Below, in pieces: positions 1 through 13,106 of a stretch of 64,000 nucleotides of DNA (positions within the stretch are counted from its first letter, which is position 1; the number at the start of each line of letters is the position of its first letter). The notes under the pieces were generated by a model that worked only from the letters and a program-made list of their open reading frames with translations, did not search any database and was not told the DNA's origin. The position numbers were made by a program, and so were the translations under genes. The stretch is from Vicinamibacterales bacterium (lineage in GTDB: Bacteria; Acidobacteriota; Vicinamibacteria; Vicinamibacterales; 2-12-FULL-66-21), in NCBI GenBank assembly GCA_035495555.1, contig DATJFQ010000041.1, forward strand, positions 91,894 through 155,893, written 5' to 3'.

Positions 1-276
1 CGCGCACCGGCGACGCTGCTGGCCGCCCGCACCGAGCGGACCGCGCCGACCGCCGTCGCATCGCGCTCGCTCGCGAGCGACGCCGAGCGGCCGACGGCCA
101 CGCACGCGTCCAACACGCAACTCACGCCGATCACCTATCGCGTCAAGCGCGGCGACACGCTCTCGTCAATCGCCGACCTTTTCGACACGACGGTGGCGAA
201 GATCAAATCGTGGAACCGGCTGCACTCGAACGCGGTCATGGCCGGGACGCGATTGAAGATCATGCGCGCGCGCTAA
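1..276 (+). CDS. LysM domain-containing protein, C-terminal fragment (5' end outside window)
   Basis: Frame 1 is open from base 1 to TAA at 274-276. The tail reads ITYRVKRGDTLSSIADLFDTTVAKIKSWNRLHSNAVMAGTRLKI, a textbook LysM peptidoglycan-binding motif. Confidence 0.75.
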   Translation, partial: RAPATLLAARTERTAPTAVASRSLASDAERPTATHASNTQLTPITYRVKRGDTLSSIADLFDTTVAKIKSWNRLHSNAVMAGTRLKIMRAR

Positions 277-295
277 GCGTCGCCGAGGCCGATCC

Positions 296-612
296 GTCTC
301 GCCCCCATCGTCAGTGATGGAGAGCGCCGCCCGCCGCACTCCGCACGCCACGCGCCGCGCGATGGGGCCCCTGCTCGGCTCCCAGTTCGTGCTCGGCGGC
401 CGGAAAGACGTGTCGACGGGAGGCGGCTCCGCGCGAGGCGCGGCCCAGCACCCGTCCGAGGCACCCAGCCTCCAGCACCCCGCGCGACGCGCGGCGCGCG
501 ATGGGGCCCAGCTCGGCCAGCTCCGCCTTCGCGCAGGTACAGAATCCGCTGCGCTCCGGCGCGATCTCGCCGAAGCCGCGTCGCGGAGGAGGCGGACCTC
601 AGTTCGTGCACG
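296..612 (-). repeat. Two-module GC-rich intergenic repeat element, reverse-oriented copy (cluster I)
   Basis: 507-596 is the reverse complement of module B seen at 2590-2680 (…gctccgccttcgcgcaggtacagaatccgctgcgctccggcgcgatctcgccgaagccgcgtcgcgg…). 381-470 matches reverse-complemented module A (…ttcgtgctcggcggccggaaagacgtgtcgacg…). Confidence 0.8.
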
Positions 613-759
613 TTCAGCGAATAGCAGAAAACACATCGGCCAGACGGCGCGTGGATCGCAACTTCCGCGCACAATCCGCAGCGGTCGTGAGCCGTCTCCG
701 TGATTTGCAAACAAAACCGCACGGCGCTGCCTGCGCTGCGGTCTTGCAATACCGCGGGC

Positions 760-2259
760 ATGCTCGCCTGCATCCGCTCCGCGGCCGTATACGGCATTGA
801 AGCGTCGACCGTCGCGATCGAAGTCGACGTCTCGTTCGGCCTCCCGGGATTTACCGTGGTCGGACTTCCCGACGCCAGCGTTCGCGAAAGCCGCGATCGG
901 ATCAAGAGTGCGATCCGAAACAGCGGCTTCACGTTTCCCCGGCATCGCATCATCGTCAATCTCGCTCCCGCTGATGTTCGCAAAGCGGGATCGTCGTTCG
1001 ATCTTCCAATTGCGCTGGGCGTGCTCGCGGCATCGGGCGCGATCACCCGACGCGATGTGGACGACGTGCTCGTGCTCGGTGAGCTGTCGCTGGATGGCGC
1101 GATTCAGCCGGCGCGTGGAGTGCTCCCAGTTGCGGCCGCGGCGCGATCGCGCAAGTTCAAGGGACTGCTGCTCCCCGAGGGCAACAGCCGTGAGGCAGCG
1201 GTCGTGGAGGGATTGGACTTCTATCCAGTGCGGTCGTTGACCGAGGCGGTGGACGCCATTAATCGTCCGAATCCGGTCGTCTTGACCTCCGAGCAGCAGG
1301 GGGAATCGACGGAAGCGTTGCACGGCGATTTCGCGGACGTCCGCGGTCAGTTGCTCGCTCGCAGAGCGCTGGAGATCGCCGCCGCGGGCGCCCACAACGT
1401 GCTGCTGTCGGGTGCGCCCGGGTCGGGCAAAACGATGATGGCCCGACGGACGGCTGGGATCCTGCCGCCGCTCACATTCGACGAGGCGCTCGAGGTCACG
1501 GCCATTCATTCGGTCGCCGGGCTCCTGCCGGACGGGCGGGGCCTTGTGCGTGCGCGGCCGTTCCGGGCGCCGCATCACACCGTGTCCGACATTGCGCTCG
1601 TCGGAGGCGGGTCGAATCCGCGTCCGGGAGAAATCAGCCTGGCGCATCAAGGTGTGTTGTTCCTCGACGAAATGCCGGAGTTCAGCCGGCACGTGCTGGA
1701 AGTGCTTCGTCAGCCGTTGGAAGACGGCATGGTGCGGATCGCACGCGCGCAGCGCACCTGCGAGTTTCCTGCACGCTTCGTGTTGATTGGCGCGATGAAC
1801 CCGTGCCCGTGCGGGTACCGTGGCCATGAGCGACGCGTCTGCCGATGTACGCCGCATCAGATTGCAGGATACGAATCGCGCCTTTCGGGACCGCTGCGCG
1901 ACCGGATCGATCTCACGGTCGGTGTCAGCGCGCTTCCCCCCGCGGAGCTGACCGGCGATGCGGCCGGCGAGTCGACGGCGGCTATCCGCGTGCGCGTGCA
2001 AGAAGCGAGGGCACGCCAGCAGGCGCGCCTCTCCGCAACAGGCGTTTCCGTGAACGCGCGCCTGGCGCCACGAATCCTCCGAACCGTCTGTGCGTTGGAT
2101 GCCGGCGCGTCACGCCTGCTCGCGACGGCTGCCGAGCGATTAGACCTGAGCGCCCGCGGCTACGACCGTATCCTCCGCGTCAGCCGCACAATCGCCGATC
2201 TCGCGGGCCAGGAGCGTGTGTCTGCCGATCACGTCGCGGAAGCTCTCCAGTTTCGTTAA
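760..2259 (+). CDS. comM: YifB/ComM family Mg-chelatase-like AAA+ ATPase
   Basis: ORF track 700..2259. Start moved to ATG 760 (MLACIRSAAVYGIEA…), the usual family N-terminus. Lon-protease-like N-domain, Walker A GAPGSGKTMMA, C-terminal RGYDRILRVSRTIADLAG. Confidence 0.9.
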   Translation: MLACIRSAAVYGIEASTVAIEVDVSFGLPGFTVVGLPDASVRESRDRIKSAIRNSGFTFPRHRIIVNLAPADVRKAGSSFDLPIALGVLAASGAITRRDVDDVLVLGELSLDGAIQPARGVLPVAAAARSRKFKGLLLPEGNSREAAVVEGLDFYPVRSLTEAVDAINRPNPVVLTSEQQGESTEALHGDFADVRGQLLARRALEIAAAGAHNVLLSGAPGSGKTMMARRTAGILPPLTFDEALEVTAIHSVAGLLPDGRGLVRARPFRAPHHTVSDIALVGGGSNPRPGEISLAHQGVLFLDEMPEFSRHVLEVLRQPLEDGMVRIARAQRTCEFPARFVLIGAMNPCPCGYRGHERRVCRCTPHQIAGYESRLSGPLRDRIDLTVGVSALPPAELTGDAAGESTAAIRVRVQEARARQQARLSATGVSVNARLAPRILRTVCALDAGASRLLATAAERLDLSARGYDRILRVSRTIADLAGQERVSADHVAEALQFR

Positions 2260-2299
2260 TGCCCTACGTCCGCGAGCACTGCGGGCGTACCTATCGCTT

Positions 2300-2862
2300 C
2301 GCGCCATCGCATCAGCGCGATGGGGGCCAGGACGGGGTGCCCCTGTTCGCGCGGAGGCGGCTCCCCGTCGACACGTCTTTCCCGCCGGCGAGCACGAAGG
2401 GGTCCGCCTCCGCCGCGACGCGGCTTCGGCGAGATCGCGCCGGAGCGCAGTGGATTCTGTGCCTGCGCGAAGGCGGAGCTGTCCGAGCTGGGCCCCATCG
2501 CATCAGCGCGATGCGGGCGAGGACGGGGCCCGCCCCGCTTCGCGCGGAGGCGGCTCCTCGTCGACATGTCTTTCCGGCCGCCGAGCACGAAGGGGGGGCC
2601 GCCTCCGCCGCGACGCGGCTTCGGCGAGATCGCGCCGGAGCGCAGCGGATTCTGTACCTGCGCGAAGGCGGAGCTGTCCGAGCGGGGTCCCCATCGCATC
2701 GCCAGCGATGGGGGCGAGGACGGGGCCGCCCCGCTTCGCGCGGAGGCGGCTCCTCGTCGACATGTCTTTTCGGCCGCCGAGCACGAAGGGGGGGTGTCCG
2801 AGCTGGGGCCCCATCGCATTGCCAGCGATCGGGGCGAGGACGGGGGCGCCGACGAGCATCCG
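2300..2862 (+). repeat. Tandem array (about 3.5 units) of the two-module repeat element (cluster II)
   Basis: The marker ccatcgcat recurs at 2304, 2495, 2691 and 2811 (spacings 191, 196, 120 nt). Module A starts with the hairpin CCCCATCGC-atcagc-GCGATGGGG and contains gtcgacatgtc. Module B (…ccgcgacgcggcttcggcgagatcgcgccggagcgcagcggattctgt…) is deleted from unit 3. The period is not a multiple of 3. Confidence 0.85.
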
Positions 2863-2898
2863 AGGCGTGGTGCGAGAAACGCGAGAGTGTCGGGCGCG

Positions 2899-5085
2899 CT
2901 AGCGATTGACAGCCTTCTCCGCCTTATCGGCCATCTTCGCTTTCGCCTGCGCCTGCTGCAGGTGCTGACGATAGAGCGCGTTCTGCGGCGCCATCTGTAC
3001 GGCGCGCTCGAACGCGGGTAACGCGTGGACGGGCAGATCCTTCTGCAGGTAGATGTACCCCAGCGTGTCCTGCGCCTCGGGACGATCGCGCATTTCCTCG
3101 GTCGCCACGGTCGCGTATCGGAGCGCGTCGTCGTACTTACCGTCCTCAGCCAGCATCCAGGCGAGGTTGTTCGCGGCAACGCCCGCTCGGGGATGCTTTG
3201 CGAGCACACTCTCGTACGCCGCGCGCGCGCCGGCTCGATCGCCTTTGGATTGGAGGATCATCCCCACCATCGTTGCCGCACCGGCGCTGTCCGGTGCGCG
3301 GTCCGCGAGCGCACGATAGCGCGCGAGCGCCGCGTCCACGTTGCCCTGGCGCAGATAGATCTGCCCGAGCATCTCGTAGGCTTCCAGACGGGAGGGATCG
3401 CGGCTGACGAGATCGGTAAGGCGGTGTTCGGCGTCCGCAGGCTTGTTCTCGAACAAATCGAGACGGGCAGCGAGCGTGACGACTGTCGCATCGTGCGGGG
3501 TTGCCTGGAGCCATCCGTTCACGCGCGCGCGAGCGCTGGCGACGTCCTTCGCGGCGACATCGGCCGTGACGGCCCCGACCCGCGCCTCGTCGTAGGACGG
3601 AGCGGCGGCCAGCGCCGTCTTGAAGGCCGCGCGCGCCGGGTCGACCTGCCGCGCCGCGAGATTGACCCACCCAAGTTCCGTCTGCAGCCGGGGATCTTTG
3701 GGGGCCGTCCGCAGCCGCGTCTCCAGCTCGCGCTTCGCGCGATCGAGATCACCCTGCGCGCGCAGACTCCGCGCGAGCAGCACGGCAGCCTCGATATCGT
3801 TCGGCCGCTGAGAGGCCGCCTGTTCTGCCGCGCTGACCGCGCCGGCGGCGTCCCCCTTTGCGAGTTGGAGCCGGGCGAGTTGCAGACTCGCGGCCGCCGC
3901 TCGCGGGTTCAGCTTCAGGGTCTGATTGAACGCCGATTCGGCGCCGTCGATATCGCGTCGTGCCAGCGCCACGAGGCCGACGGTGTAGGCCGCAGCCGTC
4001 GACGAGTTGTCGTCCTTTACCCCTTCCTGCGCTTCCTTCCAGGCCTGATCCAGATCCTTGTGCTGCGCGAGCAGGAGACGCGCTTTGAGCACGTGCGGCT
4101 CTGAATCTTTTGGATGGTCGTGAATCACAGCGTCGGTAATGTCGAGCGCCTCGTCGCCCTTCCCTTGCGACTGCTTGATCGCCGCAATCCGCAACTGCGC
4201 GTCGCGCATGATGCGCTTCTTCCCGGAAATGCCGTTCAGCACGCGCAGCGCATCTTCCGGCCTGTGCATGCCGGTGTAGTAGTCGGCGAGCGCAAGCGCG
4301 CCGTCAGGCGACATCGAGGCGAGCGCCTTGAAGTGCGGCTCCGCCTCCGTGGGACGGCGGGTATTCAGATAGAAGAGGGCGAGCGCGCGCCGCGTGAGCG
4401 GATTGTTCGCATCGAGCTGCAGCGCCGTGTTCAACTCCCGCTCCGTCCCGGCCGGATCGCTGCTGGCCCAGTCGAAGTTGGCGAGCGCCAGATGCGCCTC
4501 CACCGATTTCGGATCGAGGTCGATCGCTTTCTGGAACGACTGCTTCGCGGCGTCCTTTGCGCCCGATCGGAATTGAATCGCGCCCAGCGCCGAATACGCG
4601 GGTGCGTTGTCCGGATCGAGCGCGACCGCCTGCTCCATCTGCTTGATCGCGCGGCTCGTATCGTTGAGGCCCGCGAGCGCGTTTCCGAGCAGGATGTGGC
4701 CGGTCGCGCTGTTGGGGTCCGATTTGAGCGCCAGCTCGGCGCGCGACCTGGCCTCCTCGAACTGCCCGCCCAGCAGAAGCAGCGTCCCGGCCTCGACCTG
4801 CGCGTCGATATTCGACGGATCCAGATCGGCCGCCTGCGCGTATTCGCCGTACGCCTTCACCGGGTCGTTCGACGCCGTGTAGATCTTCGCGAGCTTGTAG
4901 TGCAGATCCGCCCGTGTCGGCAGGCCTTTCAGCGCGTTGCGGTACTCGATTGACGCCTCGGTGAGCTTGTGTTGCGCTGCGTAAGCGTCGCCCTGCCGCG
5001 CGTGCTTCTCCGCGGTCTGAATCGGATCCTGGCGACACGCGGCAACGAGGAGCGCCGCGCACACGATGAGTGCACGTCGAGTCAT
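2899..5085 (-). CDS. TPR-repeat lipoprotein, PrsT-like (PEP-CTERM system associated)
   Basis: 728-aa ORF with lipoprotein signal MTRRALIVCAALLVAAC. TPR-like repeats run throughout (…AIDLDPKSVEAHLALA…, …ALKSDPNSATGHILLG…). ATGA overlap with the upstream EpsI gene; last gene of the exosortase operon. Confidence 0.8.
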   Translation of the reverse strand: MTRRALIVCAALLVAACRQDPIQTAEKHARQGDAYAAQHKLTEASIEYRNALKGLPTRADLHYKLAKIYTASNDPVKAYGEYAQAADLDPSNIDAQVEAGTLLLLGGQFEEARSRAELALKSDPNSATGHILLGNALAGLNDTSRAIKQMEQAVALDPDNAPAYSALGAIQFRSGAKDAAKQSFQKAIDLDPKSVEAHLALANFDWASSDPAGTERELNTALQLDANNPLTRRALALFYLNTRRPTEAEPHFKALASMSPDGALALADYYTGMHRPEDALRVLNGISGKKRIMRDAQLRIAAIKQSQGKGDEALDITDAVIHDHPKDSEPHVLKARLLLAQHKDLDQAWKEAQEGVKDDNSSTAAAYTVGLVALARRDIDGAESAFNQTLKLNPRAAAASLQLARLQLAKGDAAGAVSAAEQAASQRPNDIEAAVLLARSLRAQGDLDRAKRELETRLRTAPKDPRLQTELGWVNLAARQVDPARAAFKTALAAAPSYDEARVGAVTADVAAKDVASARARVNGWLQATPHDATVVTLAARLDLFENKPADAEHRLTDLVSRDPSRLEAYEMLGQIYLRQGNVDAALARYRALADRAPDSAGAATMVGMILQSKGDRAGARAAYESVLAKHPRAGVAANNLAWMLAEDGKYDDALRYATVATEEMRDRPEAQDTLGYIYLQKDLPVHALPAFERAVQMAPQNALYRQHLQQAQAKAKMADKAEKAVNR

Positions 5086-5711
5086 GGGAGATAGGCGGTG
5101 AGGCGCGGCGCGATGCCGCGGGAGAACTCGGCGGCCGCGCGGTCAGCGATGCCGGGCTGCCGCGGCGGCTGCGGAACGACGATGCGGACGAGCGAGCCGT
5201 TCGTGCGGTGCAGCCGCGCGGCATCCAGCATCAGCCAGAACTTGTTCGCGTAGTCGTTCGCGACGATACGGCCGCGGCCCTGATACCAGTAGTAGACGAC
5301 CTGACGACGAAGCGACTTCTCGATGACGTACCGATTCACCGGAAACGTGCGCCCGCCCGCGGTCAGTTGAATGCGAGACGCTTCGACCGGCTGCCATCCC
5401 GATCCGGGCAGGCAGTTCTGCGGCGAATGAATGGTGGTGCCCTGACGCTGGCTCGCGTAATACCCGATGTACAGATTCAGCGGCAGCCCCGCGCGGTCCA
5501 CGTAGGTGCGGTTGACGTACTCATCGACGCCGAGCACCTGGAGCACGTCGTCGTCCAGCGGCTCCTCGCCTCCCGATCGCCACTCGCCGATCTGGCTTGG
5601 GAAGTTCGCGAGAGACTGTCGCGCGACCACCACCTCATGTCCACTCAGCCGAGTGCCGAACAGTCCGACGAAGACGATGAGCGATGCGAGAATCGCGGCG
5701 CGGGTGGTCAT
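5082..5711 (-). CDS. epsI: EpsI family exosortase-associated protein
   Basis: Internal start MTTRAAILASLIVFVGLF (ATG 5711) of ORF 5082..6482. N-terminal membrane anchor and family-typical motif TIHSPQNCLPGSGW. 4-nt overlaps with both neighbours. Confidence 0.8.
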   Translation of the reverse strand: MTTRAAILASLIVFVGLFGTRLSGHEVVVARQSLANFPSQIGEWRSGGEEPLDDDVLQVLGVDEYVNRTYVDRAGLPLNLYIGYYASQRQGTTIHSPQNCLPGSGWQPVEASRIQLTAGGRTFPVNRYVIEKSLRRQVVYYWYQGRGRIVANDYANKFWLMLDAARLHRTNGSLVRIVVPQPPRQPGIADRAAAEFSRGIAPRLTAYLP

Positions 5712-6574
5712 CGCGCTGGCACCGGCGCGCTGGTCCAGATGCGTGACTTCTGCGAGCCGACGGCGGCCAGCGCCCGCTGCGCGCCGAGCAGCAGCACGAA
5801 GGCCACGACGAACATCAACCAGCCGGAGAACGTGTGGAAGAACCCCTCGGCGGCGCGCGCGCCAACATAGCTGGCAAGGAGCCCCGTGCCCGCCACGCGC
5901 GCGGCGTTGGCGGCGATCGCCACCGGCACGGTGAGCAGTGCGAGTACGAGACGCGCCCAGCGCCGCGGCTCGCGCATCTTGCCGAGGATCACGCCTAACG
6001 TCAGGAGTGAGATCAGCGATCGAATTCCGCTGCACGCCTGCGCCACTTCCAGCGTCGTGGTCGGCAGCACCAGAATGTTGCCTTCCCGGAGCACCGGCAC
6101 GCCGGCCATCGTGAGGACGTTTTCTCCCGCTCGGGACGCGACCAACTGGAGCGGAAACGCAATCTGATTGAAAAGGACCGCGGGTAGTGGCACCGCGAGC
6201 ACGAGGAACGCAATCGGAAACGCGAGCAGCCGCAGCCACCGCCAGCCGCAGATGAACAGCACCGAGCCGGCGATGACGCCGATGAGCGACATGCGCGTGA
6301 GGAACAAGTCGGCGCCGAACAGTCCCGCGAGCAGCACCACCAGGCTGAGGCCGACGACGGCCAGACCGGTATTCGACGGCGCGAGCGGCGCCCGCTCGAG
6401 CGCAGACCGCTGCTGCCAGACGAACCACAAAGCGAACGGCACGATCAGAAAGCCGTGAGAATAGTTCTCGTCGCTCGCCCACTGTCTTACGAGCGACGAG
6501 ATCGTTGGCGTATAGACGACGGCGATGGACGCGGCGACGAGTCCAATCGCGACCAGTGGCCGTCGGTGTGTCAT
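5708..6574 (-). CDS. Exosortase (EpsH/Xrt family transpeptidase)
   Basis: Internal start MTHRRPLVAIGLVAAS (ATG 6574) of ORF 5708..6877. Polytopic. Family motifs: SDENYSHGFLIVP, catalytic-type ACSGIRSL (Cys), AANAARV (Arg), FHTFSGW (His). Confidence 0.9.
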   Translation of the reverse strand: MTHRRPLVAIGLVAASIAVVYTPTISSLVRQWASDENYSHGFLIVPFALWFVWQQRSALERAPLAPSNTGLAVVGLSLVVLLAGLFGADLFLTRMSLIGVIAGSVLFICGWRWLRLLAFPIAFLVLAVPLPAVLFNQIAFPLQLVASRAGENVLTMAGVPVLREGNILVLPTTTLEVAQACSGIRSLISLLTLGVILGKMREPRRWARLVLALLTVPVAIAANAARVAGTGLLASYVGARAAEGFFHTFSGWLMFVVAFVLLLGAQRALAAVGSQKSRIWTSAPVPAR

Positions 6575-7275
6575 CGAACGAGGCTGCCCTTCTTCGAACG
6601 GAAGCGCGTCAGCCACGCGGCGCCCGTTCCGAGCAGGAGCAGCGATGCGGGCTCCGGCGTTTTCCCGGCGTCCGGCGACCCGCCATCGACGCTGAGACGA
6701 ACCAGGAATCCGCGTCCCCCCGAGTTGTCGCGAAGGCCGAACATCACCATCGCCGCGCTTCCAGCCGTGAAGTTGCTGAACTGGAGCATGTCGCGCGCGT
6801 TGGAGTCTTCGTCGACGAACAGCGCGGCGGTTCCCCCCGTGGTGAAGGTGGCGCTCCGCTCCAGGCCCGCGTTCCACGCGAAGCTCAAACCGTCCGTGTT
6901 GTTCGATGTCGAGAATCCCGAGAGCACGTAGTCCGGCTGCGGCTGCGGATCTTCCGCATCGAACCCGTCGGACAACGGATCGAGAATCTCAGCGGTAATC
7001 GTCGTCCATGGCTGACTGGCAGGGTCCAGCGCCTTGAACGCAAAGTAGTAATTGCCGTGCGGTGCCAGGCCATCGATCAGGATGAACGCCTGTGAGCCGC
7101 CGTTGAAGGTAATGTTGTCGAGATTGATCACCGGTCCGTTGACGCTGAACTGGCTCTGGTCGGCTGATACACCCGACGACGCCGAATAGAGCGCTGCAAC
7201 CGGATCCGCCCGCGCCTCTGCCGGCGCGAACGCGATGACACACGCCAGCCCGCAGGCCAGAGTGGCTAGCCGCAT
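6571..7275 (-). CDS. PEP-CTERM sorting-domain secreted protein
   Basis: Start ATG 7275 with SD GGGAGG. Signal peptide MRLATLACGLACVIAFAPAEA. C-terminus TPEPASLLLLGTGAAWLTRFRSKK (PEP motif, TM helix, basic cluster). ATGA overlap with the exosortase start. Confidence 0.85.
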   Translation of the reverse strand: MRLATLACGLACVIAFAPAEARADPVAALYSASSGVSADQSQFSVNGPVINLDNITFNGGSQAFILIDGLAPHGNYYFAFKALDPASQPWTTITAEILDPLSDGFDAEDPQPQPDYVLSGFSTSNNTDGLSFAWNAGLERSATFTTGGTAALFVDEDSNARDMLQFSNFTAGSAAMVMFGLRDNSGGRGFLVRLSVDGGSPDAGKTPEPASLLLLGTGAAWLTRFRSKKGSLVR

Positions 7276-7303
7276 AGCACCTCCCATCCGTAGCACAGCC
7301 CGA

Positions 7304-7438
7304 TCAGGGCACGTATCGCCGCACCATGCCCGCAAGCGCCAGAAGAGTTGCACCGGACAGCAGCAGGAGCATTGGTTCCATGATTACCGTCTTTTCCCGA
7401 TCGGGTACCGACGATGAGAGAGCCCTTGCTCTCCCCAT
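7304..7438 (-). CDS. Possible mini-ORF or relic encoding only a PEP-CTERM-like tail
   Basis: 44 codons (or 25 from ATG 7381) ending …VIMEPMLLLLSGATLLALAGMVRRYVP*. The stop lies 26 nt upstream of the PEP-CTERM gene start. No clear SD, and third-position GC is visibly lower than in neighbouring genes. Confidence 0.25.
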   Translation of the reverse strand: MGRARALSSSVPDREKTVIMEPMLLLLSGATLLALAGMVRRYVP

Positions 7439-7468
7439 CGACTTTCGCAGGGTCCCGCGAGCCCGAGT

Positions 7469-7482
7469 GCAAAAGTTCGTCC
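7469..7482 (-). promoter_or_regulatory. Weak -24/-12 (sigma-54-like) promoter candidate upstream of the exosortase operon
   Basis: Minus strand reads GGACGAACTTTTGC: GG and TTGC at the consensus spacing of GGCACG-N4-TTGC, but the -24 box is poor. Confidence 0.2.
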
Positions 7483-7567
7483 GACGCGGCCGTATTCGAC
7501 TCAGCCCAGCCGTTTTCGCCTGCACCTACTGCGCGCCGCGCGCCGGACCGACACTCGATCGGGAAGC

Positions 7568-7597
7568 TTGGTAACGACGCGCGCTCCGTGCTAGAGT
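7568..7597 (+). promoter_or_regulatory. Sigma-70-like promoter candidate for the M23 peptidase gene
   Basis: TTGGTA (7568-7573), 18-nt spacer, TAGAGT (7592-7597), about 27 nt upstream of ATG 7624. Confidence 0.25.
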
Positions 7598-7623
7598 GCG
7601 CTGTTTCCCCGTCAGCTCTTCAG

Positions 7624-8526
7624 ATGAAGCTTCGCGAAAAGCGATACTCGCTCGTCATCACGGACCCTGAGAGCGGCGCCGACTGGCAATTCAGCGTTCG
7701 CGTCTGGCCGCTGATCGGCGCAGTCTGCGCCCTGCTCACGCTGCCCATCCTGATCGGGCTCGGGGCCAAATTGAGCGCGCGCACGATGGTCGCCGAACTG
7801 CAGGCGTCAAACGCGTCGCTGCAGGTGGAAAACGCGAGCTATCGGGAAGCCACGGGGCAGCTCGCGACGGAGATCGCGTCGCTTCAATCGGCCGTGAATC
7901 AGCTCGGCGAACACGCGGCGGTGGACCCGGCGGCGAGCAAGGCGATGGAGAAACTGCCCGCGATAGTCAAGGCGCGGGCGATGGGCGGCGCTCCGGGAAC
8001 CATCACGCCGAAAATGCTGAGCGGCGGCGCAGGGCCGGATACGGCGCTCGGCGTTCTCAGCGACCTGCTCGGCGCGATCGGCACCCGGCTCGATTCGGTG
8101 CGCGACACGGTGGAGCGGCGGCACGCGCTCGCGATGGCCACCCCGTCGATCTGGCCGGTTGCGGGCTGGCTCACGTCGTCATTCGGCTCCCGCACGGATC
8201 CGTTCAGCGGAGACACCGATTTTCACCCTGGCCTCGATATCTCCGCCGACTTTGGTCAACCGGTCCTCGCGACGGGAGATGCGGTCGTCGAGAGCGCCGG
8301 ACCGAACGGGTCATACGGGAACATGGTGGTCCTCGACCATCACTTCGGGATCGTCACCAAATACGGTCACCTCTCGCGGATTGCCGTCGCGGCCGGCCAG
8401 GACGTCAGCCGCGGCGAAGTCATCGGATATGTCGGATCCACGGGCCGCTCCACGGGCGCACATCTGCACTACGAGGTGTGGATGAACGGGCGGCTGACGA
8501 ACCCGATGACGCTGCTCGCCAAATAG
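7624..8526 (+). CDS. M23 family metallopeptidase (EnvC/NlpD-like, N-terminal TM plus coiled coil)
   Basis: Internal start [11 protein letters not shown] (ATG 7624) of ORF 7414..8526. Catalytic motifs HPGLDI and [15 protein letters not shown]. Confidence 0.85.
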   Translation: MKLREKRYSLVITDPESGADWQFSVRVWPLIGAVCALLTLPILIGLGAKLSARTMVAELQASNASLQVENASYREATGQLATEIASLQSAVNQLGEHAAVDPAASKAMEKLPAIVKARAMGGAPGTITPKMLSGGAGPDTALGVLSDLLGAIGTRLDSVRDTVERRHALAMATPSIWPVAGWLTSSFGSRTDPFSGDTDFHPGLDISADFGQPVLATGDAVVESAGPNGSYGNMVVLDHHFGIVTKYGHLSRIAVAAGQDVSRGEVIGYVGSTGRSTGAHLHYEVWMNGRLTNPMTLLAK

Positions 8527-8569
8527 TGAGCGTGGTACAATTGCCGGATACCAGCCCGGTAGTTTTTCC

Positions 8570-11524
<2,955 letters not shown>

Positions 11525-11528
11525 CATC

Positions 11529-11550
11529 AAGGGCAGCGATCGCTGCCCTT
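11529..11550 (+). terminator. Perfect 22-nt palindrome downstream of secA (candidate terminator)
   Basis: AAGGGCAGCGATCGCTGCCCTT, followed by tgtcatatct. It sits in the 44-nt secA-guaB spacer. The T-tract is weak. Confidence 0.4.
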
Positions 11551-11562
11551 TGTCATATCTGA

Positions 11563-13095
<1,533 letters not shown>

Positions 13096-13106
13096 CACCC
13101 TCCAAA

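Noticed and set aside
166-2001. Antisense or alternative-frame 'shadow' ORFs of hundreds of codons. Examples: 166..2001 -, 8678..10399 -, 14114..15787 +, 17372..19030 +, 31251..32807 +, 38136..39737 +, 49281..51182 +.
   Set aside because: Each overlaps a confidently recognised gene on the other strand or frame. Their translations are Arg-rich with no recognisable motifs, which is typical of high-GC genomes.
2300-2862. Possible CRISPR array, because of the regularly spaced hairpin-forming repeats
   Set aside because: The units are contiguous homologous repeats of about 190 bp with no unique spacers. The period (120-196 nt) and unit length do not fit CRISPR, and there are no cas genes in the window.
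296-2862. comM flanked by inverted repeats as a composite transposon or mobile island
   Set aside because: There is no transposase, integrase or recombinase, and no recognisable target-site duplication. comM is a core gene. The repeats look like a dispersed intergenic element (a third copy lies at 45.3 kb).
1845-3209. Long ORFs across the repeat region (1845..2909 +, 2216..2902 +, 2320..3021 +, 2256..3209 -)
   Set aside because: The translations are Arg/Gly/Pro/Ala-rich low-complexity strings repeated out of frame (the period is not a multiple of 3). All frames are open simply because the DNA is GC-rich and stop-poor.
8527-8569. TGGTACAATTGCC upstream of secA as a sigma-54 promoter
   Set aside because: The spacing between the GG and GC elements is far too short (2 nt instead of the required spacing).
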